Positions 57,434-64,000 of a stretch of DNA of 64,000 nt are shown piece after piece. A model generated the notes under the pieces. It ran no database searches. It worked only from the letters and a program-made list of their open reading frames with translations, and was not told where the DNA came from. How positions within the stretch are numbered: the stretch's first letter is position 1; the number at the start of each line of letters is the position of its first letter. The stretch is from the IMG/VR virus record IMGVR_UViG_3300031088_000793. One strand, given 5' to 3'. The stretch is from a virus. Its lineage: Duplodnaviria > Heunggongvirae > Uroviricota > Caudoviricetes. The position numbers were made by a program, and so were the translations under genes.

Positions 57434-58330
57434 TCAGTCCCAGAGGAACATGTGCTCAGTGCTGCCGAACTCAAAGAGAGACTCTTCGTCCAGCGTGGCC
57501 GTAATGTGACTGCTGAAGTGCCTGAACTCGATCGTTCCGTCCGACAGATCGCGGAAGGTGAAGCCGAAGGGGTCGAGCCCTCTGGCTCTCATTTCTCCGT
57601 GGAGCTCATCGAGGTCTCTCCTGAAGAGGATGGCCATCTGTGGGAGATCGAAGCGGTTGTTCTTAGCCTTTGAGATAGCGAGCACGCTATAGCGATCAGT
57701 CCAGCAGTCAGGGCTGCTAGGATCATCGCTCTCCGCGCGTCTAAACCCCTCGATGGGACCTACGGGGGTGCCAGAGCTCAGCGCCGTGAGCTGCTCAGGA
57801 GTGACGGGGATGAAGCTGTGGCTATCCTGAATCTCTAGGAATCCGGACAGGTTGACGGGAATGAGCCCCAATCTGCGGCCCATGGCATACATGGGAGCAT
57901 AGGGCGACCTTAGCTCTTCGAAGTAGTGATGGAAGAACGGCTCGAGCTCCGGCTCATCTGGGCCCAGGATGCCGGAGCGCTGCAGCTCTCGATACTCCCA
58001 GTATGTCTCCAGACCCCTGTCCTTGAGGATCTGGTGGCGTCTAGCTGACTCCCCGATGAACTCCCAGAGACCCTTGAACTGACTCAGCTCATCGCCAGCC
58101 ATGTAGGGCATTTCTAGCCCTCGAGCGCTGTAGACTGAGCCATAGCTACCCTGTTTGTCCACGACGCGGAACATCGTAGCGAAGTTGAAGTCCTGAGTCT
58201 GGGGAAGCTCCATGAGGTCGCGGAGCTCGTGGAGTGGCTCATCCACTGCCTTCAGCGCGACGGTGTAGGAGACATCGTGCTTCGCTGCGAAGGCCTGTGC
58301 TCGACGCTTGAGCTTGTTGTTCTGTGCCAT
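57434..58330 (-). CDS. same family, paralog 2
   Basis: MAQNNKLKRRAQAF...SYTVALKAVDEPLHELR. Confidence 0.8.
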   Translation of the reverse strand: MAQNNKLKRRAQAFAAKHDVSYTVALKAVDEPLHELRDLMELPQTQDFNFATMFRVVDKQGSYGSVYSARGLEMPYMAGDELSQFKGLWEFIGESARRHQILKDRGLETYWEYRELQRSGILGPDEPELEPFFHHYFEELRSPYAPMYAMGRRLGLIPVNLSGFLEIQDSHSFIPVTPEQLTALSSGTPVGPIEGFRRAESDDPSSPDCWTDRYSVLAISKAKNNRFDLPQMAILFRRDLDELHGEMRARGLDPFGFTFRDLSDGTIEFRHFSSHITATLDEESLFEFGSTEHMFLWD

Positions 58331-58514
58331 GGGCTATGCCGTTCCATGGATCTCACCCTGCGCCTGCTGATCCACTTGACTGCTTGCCGGTAGGGCTACT
58401 GAACAATGGAGGTGGAGAGCGGCCGTCTACCGGGTAGCTGTCTGGATTGCTCCGAGCCCGCGCAGGGGGATCGAAACCAGGAGCCCGGACCGCGGACTCA
58501 CTCCCATGCTAACA
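58331..58514 (-). ncRNA. structured leader RNA class C, copy 2 (TGTTAGCAT promoter)
   Basis: same blocks as copy 1. Confidence 0.75.
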
Positions 58515-58553
58515 CACTGGAGTCAGTTCCGCGATCCGGGCTAGCTAGGTCGA

Positions 58554-59753
58554 TCAGCGACCGGCCTCGCTGGCTGCCGAGGGCCTAGTAGGCCTTTCGT
58601 CCCAGATATGAGGATTGTCCCACTCAAGCTGCAACCTCTCGGGTCCACCGTTGCGGCCACAGCCGTAGCAGGAGAAAAAGCCGCGAGGCTCACGCTCCGG
58701 GTAGATGACGAATCTGTCCCCGTTCTCCTCATGGAAGGGGCAGGCAGTAGAGATCTTGTTCTCATCATCCCTAGTAAGCGTGCCGTCGGACTCTCGCTCA
58801 AACTTCGCTCCGATGCTCTCGGCCACCTCCAGGATGGTGGGCCTCACGGGGAGCTCCTTTCCCCAGATGAGCACACGCATGAGGCTATTGCTCAGAGAAG
58901 CGTCCAATTCGACCTCACGGCCTCTATGCTTGACTCGGAGGTGTGACTCTATGGCGCGAAGCTCCAGCTCTAGCTCAGAGATGTTCCTGAAATCAAAGTC
59001 GAGCGGATCAAGATCCCTGCTGCGAAGCTCTTCCTGGAGCGATGGTAGATCACCCTTAAAGAGCACAGAGAGCAATGACTGATGGCCATAAATGTCCTTG
59101 GCCCTGGAGGTAGCGAGTATGCTGAACCTATCCTCCCAATCAGCCCAGCCCTCGAGCTCAGCACCTACGATCTGAGTGAAGCGCTCGATGGCTCCCACGG
59201 GTTCGCCGTTACCGAGCGCCTGGAGCTGATCCTGGGTCACAGGTATGAACTTCTCACTCTCATCCCGGATACCCATGAACTCTGTAGTGTTGACGGGATA
59301 GATCCCTGAGATACTCCCAAGGATGTGCTGTAGCGATCTGTAGGGACCATTGAGCCCCTCATCGTAGTGATGGAAGAAGGGCTCTAGAGCCTCAGCGTCG
59401 GCGTCTAGTAGTCCAGCTCTCCAAAGTTCCCTGTAGGCCCAGATGTTCTCTGTACCTGAGGCTTCGAGGAGGCCTTCCCTCCGTACGATCTCTTTGAGAC
59501 ACGCGATGGGGTTCTCAAAGGACGAAAGCCCTAGGTTCTTAGTTAGATCGTAGGAATCTACTCCAGGAAAACCAGAGCCGTAGCTCCCTTGCCGGGGGAC
59601 GATTCGAAAGCTGTGCGCTCCGTAGTAGCTGCGGCCGATGTCCCGGAGCTCGTGGAGGGGCTCATCCACCGCGCGGAGGGCCGTGCTGTAGCCCACAGCG
59701 TGCTTCTCCATGAAGGATCGAGCGGCTCGCTTGAGATTGGCGTTGTTGGTCAT
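58554..59753 (-). CDS. same family, paralog 3, with C-terminal CHC2 (primase-type) zinc finger
   Basis: family N-terminus; CPFHEE...FFSCYGCGRNG. Confidence 0.8.
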   Translation of the reverse strand: MTNNANLKRAARSFMEKHAVGYSTALRAVDEPLHELRDIGRSYYGAHSFRIVPRQGSYGSGFPGVDSYDLTKNLGLSSFENPIACLKEIVRREGLLEASGTENIWAYRELWRAGLLDADAEALEPFFHHYDEGLNGPYRSLQHILGSISGIYPVNTTEFMGIRDESEKFIPVTQDQLQALGNGEPVGAIERFTQIVGAELEGWADWEDRFSILATSRAKDIYGHQSLLSVLFKGDLPSLQEELRSRDLDPLDFDFRNISELELELRAIESHLRVKHRGREVELDASLSNSLMRVLIWGKELPVRPTILEVAESIGAKFERESDGTLTRDDENKISTACPFHEENGDRFVIYPEREPRGFFSCYGCGRNGGPERLQLEWDNPHIWDERPTRPSAASEAGR

Positions 59754-59940
59754 AGCTTAGCTCTTCCGTGGATCCTCATCCTGCGCCTGCTGACCCACTC
59801 GTTGCTTAGCCTATGAGAAGGTGCCAAGGAACTGCTAGGGAAAGCGGTCGCCTATCCAATAGCTTCCCGGACTCATCCGATCCCGCGCAGGGGGATCGAA
59901 AACCAGTAGCCCGACCGTGGGCTCAGAGTCCACACTATCA
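59754..59940 (-). ncRNA. structured leader RNA class C, copy 3 (TGATAGTGT promoter)
   Basis: same blocks as copy 1. Confidence 0.75.
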
Positions 59941-59992
59941 TACTGGAGTCAATCTGCAAAGAGACCAGCGACCGCTTTCCTCAGCTCAGCAC

Positions 59993-60892
59993 TCAATCCC
60001 AGAGGAGGATCTTGTCCGTACCGCCCCGGACGATCCTTTTGCTTCCCTGTCCTACCCTGAGAGAGGTGCCCCAGAGCTCGAAGTTGAGCTCGACCTCGAC
60101 CCCATCATCGGCTAGATCCTCTACTGCACAGCGCCAGGAGGGAATGCCTCTACGCTCGAGATCGTCGATCAGCTCACCGGACGGCTTCTTAGAGAAAACA
60201 GTCACGCTGGGCCGATTGTGACTGTCCTTGCGCGTGGAGACCGCCATCGAGCGGTAGCTGTCTGTCCAGCGCTCAGCGTCATCCCTCTCTGCGAGGGAGT
60301 AGCGGAAGCCCTCGACGGGGCCTGCGGGACTACCTTCGGCCAGGGACTTGAGCTGCTGGTCAGTAACGGGGATGAGTGGGAAATGCTCAGAGATGAAAGC
60401 AAACTGATCCATGTTCACTCCGAAGATTCCGAGCATTCCTCCGTGGACAGCGATGGGACTGAAGGATGATCCAAGCTCACCCATGTAGTGATGGAAGATC
60501 GGCTCGATTTCAGGGGAGTCGGGAGCAGTAAGTCCCGCCCGGCGAAGCTCTCTGTAGTACCAGATATCCAGCACCTTGTGATCCCGGAGGAGCTGGTACC
60601 TTCGAACTGACTCCTCCATGTACTTCAGGCTATTCCTATAGCTGAAACGGTCGTCGTGTCCTGTGCCGCTAGGGCTGAGCAGATTCTTGCTGAAGTAGGG
60701 CTCGCCGTAGATGCTATCCTCAGTTACGAGCCTGAAGCCCTGTGCGAAGGAGAACTCTCTAGCACGGGGATTTCTAAGGAGTGATCTCAGCTCGTGGAGG
60801 GGCTCATCCACCGCGCGGAGGGCAGTAGAGTAGGAGACGCTGTGGCGCTCCATGAAGCTGCGAGCCTGCTGCTTGAGAGTGTTCTGGACCAT
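59993..60892 (-). CDS. same family, paralog 4
   Basis: MVQNTLKQQARSFMERHSVSYSTALRAVDEPLHELR. Confidence 0.8.
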   Translation of the reverse strand: MVQNTLKQQARSFMERHSVSYSTALRAVDEPLHELRSLLRNPRAREFSFAQGFRLVTEDSIYGEPYFSKNLLSPSGTGHDDRFSYRNSLKYMEESVRRYQLLRDHKVLDIWYYRELRRAGLTAPDSPEIEPIFHHYMGELGSSFSPIAVHGGMLGIFGVNMDQFAFISEHFPLIPVTDQQLKSLAEGSPAGPVEGFRYSLAERDDAERWTDSYRSMAVSTRKDSHNRPSVTVFSKKPSGELIDDLERRGIPSWRCAVEDLADDGVEVELNFELWGTSLRVGQGSKRIVRGGTDKILLWD

Positions 60893-61079
60893 GGGCTGAG
60901 CCGTTCCGTGGATCTGCTGAACCTGCGCTTGGCCGATCCACTGAGTGCTGAGCCTGGAAGGCAGAATGAGCAGTGCTAGTGGATGACGGCCGCCTACCTA
61001 GTAGGTCTCTGGATCGATCAGCCTCGCGCAGGGAGTCTGAACCAGGAGCCTAGACCGCAGGCTCAAGGTGATCCTATCA
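60893..61079 (-). ncRNA. structured leader RNA class C, copy 4 (TGATAGGAT promoter)
   Basis: GAGCCT/AGGCTC hairpin covaries with GAGCCC/GGGCTC of copy 1. Confidence 0.75.
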
Positions 61080-61131
61080 CAGATTCCCCGTGTTCGCACT
61101 GAGCGCAGCCCCAAGGCCATAGCGCTGAGCG

Positions 61132-61196
61132 GCGATCTAAGCGTCGAGCGCCCCGGCACCGTGTCATCGCTGCGGAGACAGTGCCGGGGCGCTCAG
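61132..61196. repeat. REP-like hairpin
   Basis: near copy of 53969-54033. Confidence 0.7.
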
Positions 61197-61232
61197 CACA
61201 GGAGCTAGAGGCTCTCCGGTGCGAATCTCAGC

Positions 61233-62660
61233 CTACCTACCGTAGCTGAAGTGCCGAGCGATCTCCGTGGCCGAGAGCGCGGTGGGGTAGAGAGTGGTGT
61301 TGTCTAGGCTGCCAGCGAAGTAGTTCGAGGTCGGCGAGCCTGCCCAGCTGTTGCCGATGCTGTCGTAGCCCACTCGCCAGTAGCCGTTGGAGGAGTTCTG
61401 CCCCGTGGTCATGGAGCCGTTGGCCGCCACAGCAACGCCGTCCACATAGAGCGTAGTGCCTCCCGTGGAGGACATGGAGACCGTAGCGAGGTGCCACTGA
61501 CCATCGTTGTAGCTCTGAGGGGAGCTCAGAGTCACGGGAGTGTTGAAGAGCCCTAGGAAGCCGGGCTGCATCAGTCCGAAGGTCAGGGTGCCAGCATCTG
61601 TCATGTAGAGATGGCGGTCGTAGGTCGTGGATGCTCCCGACTGCGAGTTGCCGTAGCCGATGAGCTTACCGCCTCGAGTGGTGGTGGTCTTGAACCAGGT
61701 CTCCACCGAGAAGGTGTTGGGAGCAGCACCCGAGAACCGGCCACCGGAGATCTGTCCTGAGCTTCCGTTGAGGGTCACGAAGGGATTGTCAGCCTCGGTG
61801 GAGCGAGTGACTCCCGAGCTCAGCGTGCCGTTCTGAGCGGTGCCCACATCGTCGAGCGCGAGGGTGCCGCTCTCCGAGTAGCCCCAGTGGAAGGTAGCGA
61901 AGTCCCAGGGCTTGGGGAAGCTCGTCGAAGCACCGAAGGCAGAGCTGCTAGCCGTGGTGCTTGAGAAAGCAGCACTTGCAGAGCCACCGATGAGGTAGAC
62001 AGCTGTCACAGCTGTGATCAGCACTGCTGTGAGGGGCATGAGCGAGCCAGTGAGCTTAGGATTCCGCGCTCGGAAGTTCATGCCGTTGCTGTGGCGAGGG
62101 CCCCTAGCATCCCGATCCCTCCGCCTGAGGTCTCCATCGAGACCGGCGAGGTAGGAGGCGGCTGCGAGGGCTCCGAGGAAGATGCCCAGGGGAACCCAGT
62201 TGCCCCGGTGGAGCCAGTTGATGGGAACCCCCACGGAGGGCACCCGGACGAAGCCCACGCCCACCACAGCGCTGGGCTCTACGAGCATGGGGTCGGGCTC
62301 AGGGTTAGCATCGCCCTGGGTCTGAAGCCCATCCTCGCTCTGGTCGATGATCCGGTGGAGCTTCAGCCTGTCGGCCACAGCGGGGTCATCGAAGAGCACG
62401 ACCTGCCCAGTCCTGAGCTCGCTCTCGGCCACGGGGAGGCTTGCCACCACATCGCCCGTGCGGATCCCCGGCTCCATGGAACCCGAAGCAACGGTGGTCA
62501 CGGGGAGCCCGAAGAGTAGGGGTACCAGGGACCAGAGCACGAGGCTTCCAGTGGCGAAGAGCACGATCTTGCCGATGCTCGCCAGGACGAGCAACAGCCA
62601 GTCCCTTCGAGTGGAGGCATCCTGCTGGAGGGCCTGCGAGGACTTCGCGGTGGCTTCCAT
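61233..62660 (-). CDS. SipW-type signal peptidase I fused to LamG-like domain
   Basis: SGSMEP, LHRI, TQGDAN; internal ASAAFS signal; WFKTTT.RGG, NDGQWH, LYVDG LamG motifs. Confidence 0.85.
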   Translation of the reverse strand: MEATAKSSQALQQDASTRRDWLLLVLASIGKIVLFATGSLVLWSLVPLLFGLPVTTVASGSMEPGIRTGDVVASLPVAESELRTGQVVLFDDPAVADRLKLHRIIDQSEDGLQTQGDANPEPDPMLVEPSAVVGVGFVRVPSVGVPINWLHRGNWVPLGIFLGALAAASYLAGLDGDLRRRDRDARGPRHSNGMNFRARNPKLTGSLMPLTAVLITAVTAVYLIGGSASAAFSSTTASSSAFGASTSFPKPWDFATFHWGYSESGTLALDDVGTAQNGTLSSGVTRSTEADNPFVTLNGSSGQISGGRFSGAAPNTFSVETWFKTTTTRGGKLIGYGNSQSGASTTYDRHLYMTDAGTLTFGLMQPGFLGLFNTPVTLSSPQSYNDGQWHLATVSMSSTGGTTLYVDGVAVAANGSMTTGQNSSNGYWRVGYDSIGNSWAGSPTSNYFAGSLDNTTLYPTALSATEIARHFSYGR

Positions 62661-62731
62661 GGGATGACTCCTTTCGAGGGAACTGGCTGCTACTTACTGT
62701 GGATTTTTCGGAGGGCGGTGGAGCTCAGCGC

Positions 62732-63352
62732 CTAGGGGGCGGTGGTGCCGGACTGCAGCTCCCAGTTGAAGTTGATGTTCGAGGTGCCGCCCTGGACGGT
62801 GTTGGGGGCGGAGTCCTTGACCTTGTAGGAGATCTGGTAGGTCCGGCTGTCGGTCTTCACGCTGTTCCAGCTGCCGGCCGAGGAGTTGGCGTAGTTGGTG
62901 CGGCCGGTGGCGAAGGCGGCCAGGGTGCCCGAGTAGACATCGGTGGCCTTGACGAAGCCGGTGCAGTCGCCGAAGGATCCGCCGTTGCCCAGAGCGACCG
63001 TGAGGTCGATGTTGTCGGAGAGTGCCTTGGTGGTGGTGTGGGCGGCGCTATACATGCGGACCTGGCCGTCGAGGTCGGCGGTCGAGGTCACCTTGATGCA
63101 CTTGCTGCCGGTGTCGCCGGGCTTGAGGCCGGTCGCGCTGAAGGCGGCGAGGTTGGTGTCGTCGTCCGTGAGGGTCACGGCGCCGGCCTTCCAGTTGTTG
63201 CCAGCGTTCTCCGTGGTGGAGGAGAAGGCAGCGTAGGAGGACTGGCCGATGGCCGCTCCGGAGCCGGCGAGGACGGCGAGGCCCAGAGCCCAGGGAGCGA
63301 GGCGAGCTGCTCGAGTGGCCTTCGTACGGCGTGAGTTGACGGATCTTGACAT
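62732..63352 (-). CDS. TasA/camelysin-like secreted protein (SipW substrate)
   Basis: start MSRSVN; signal ending SYAAFS, N.W.AG.V.L, LKPGDT, N.VQG motifs. Confidence 0.8.
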   Translation of the reverse strand: MSRSVNSRRTKATRAARLAPWALGLAVLAGSGAAIGQSSYAAFSSTTENAGNNWKAGAVTLTDDDTNLAAFSATGLKPGDTGSKCIKVTSTADLDGQVRMYSAAHTTTKALSDNIDLTVALGNGGSFGDCTGFVKATDVYSGTLAAFATGRTNYANSSAGSWNSVKTDSRTYQISYKVKDSAPNTVQGGTSNINFNWELQSGTTAP

Positions 63353-63536
63353 AGCTGTAGCCCTCCAGGCTGGATTGGTGATTGCTTCCGCCCGGCTAAC
63401 CGTCAACCCCGAAGGAGACAGTGCTGTGGCACAGAAGGGAGTGGTTCGTTCCACTCAGAGATAGGCACAGGACTTTCCTGGTTGAGCGGAAAGGTGCCTA
63501 CTCATACAGTACACTCAAAGCTACTTCGATGCAACT
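63353..63536 (-). promoter_or_regulatory. promoter and structured 5' UTR of the TasA-like gene
   Basis: TTGCAT...TACTGT; stems TAGGCAC/GTGCCTA, CTTTCC/GGAAAG, GAGTGG/CCACTC. Confidence 0.5.
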
Positions 63537-63686
63537 GTATGGATCAAAAAGTTGAGAAAAGTTCTAACATTGCGCGCTGTGCAGATCTTCAGAGCTACTA
63601 GGATCGAGAAATAGTGCCGCCCATAGGGAAAGCCGCTCCGAGGTCAATGACCCAGAGCGGCTCTCTGTGCTGAAGCGCGGGTGGAG

Positions 63687-64000
63687 CTACTGCTTCGTAG
63701 CGCCGTCCCAGTTGCAGTCGGGCTGGACGGCGCTACCCGTGTAGCGAGAGGCCACGCAGATGACCTCGCGGCCATCCTCCATGGCGACCCGGTAGCTCTT
63801 GAGCGTGCTGTCGGCCTGGCTGCTGCCGGCATCTGCCTCCCGGATGGAGGCCCAGTCGCAGTCGGGGTCCACGACGCTGCCGCTGTAGGTGGAGCCGACG
63901 CAGTCCACGACCTTGTTCCCGGGGAGGTCGACCGGATAGACCACCAGGGTCTCCGACTCGATGCCAGGACCAGCGTCGGGAGCCTGACCGACACAGCCCG
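63687..64000 (-). CDS. partial secreted/lipoprotein with Cys-pair repeats (runs off the window)
   Basis: C...CDW / C...CNW repeats like 33746-34144. Confidence 0.6.
   Translation of the reverse strand, partial: GCVGQAPDAGPGIESETLVVYPVDLPGNKVVDCVGSTYSGSVVDPDCDWASIREADAGSSQADSTLKSYRVAMEDGREVICVASRYTGSAVQPDCNWDGATKQ

Noticed and set aside
57202-61079. tRNA or tmRNA genes in the class C leaders
   Set aside because: T-arm-like words are present, but I see no cloverleaf, acceptor stem, CCA end or tag ORF; kept only as a mimicry hypothesis
56266-61079. CRISPR array
   Set aside because: Repeats are ~185 nt, imperfect and separated by ~1 kb genes; no cas genes in the window
63353-63500. c-di-AMP or c-di-GMP riboswitch
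   Set aside because: Consensus motifs not found in the correct order on the coding strand
1-64000. Definite prophage or phage call
   Set aside because: No structural, terminase or integrase genes in the window; plasmid versus phage cannot be resolved

Overview
High-GC, actinobacterial-type DNA (Microbacteriaceae-like, by inference) packed with short, mostly minus-strand genes. It reads like the accessory region of a large plasmid, phage-plasmid or jumbo phage, but no capsid, terminase, integrase or replication initiator is visible, so the element type cannot be fixed. Recognisable genes: MoxR-like AAA+ ATPase with a HExxH/VWA partner, ParM/StbA actin-like ATPase, MinD/CpaE-like and VirB11/TadA-like ATPases, a DnaB-like domain, degenerate FtsK-like proteins, SAM methyltransferase, GNAT proteins, HAD phosphatase, endonuclease IV, 2H phosphoesterase, PNK-like kinase, ATP-grasp protein, a truncated class II aaRS-like protein with a MazG-like partner, NadE, and a SipW-LamG/TasA-like pair. 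The main discovery candidate is a module repeated eight times: an extended -10 promoter (TGnTAGnnT), then a 140-190 nt structured leader RNA in three sequence classes with one architecture, then a protein starting with the same basic N-terminal helix (N..K..AR.(F/Y)M....SY..AL) fused to different, often degenerate NTPase domains. Also present: a second swappable N-terminal module (MxKYHI..C..C..H), two tandem arrays of membrane-protein paralogs, a promoter family that often drives leaderless genes, and apparent strong avoidance of ACGT. All calls come from reading motifs by eye; no database searches were run.
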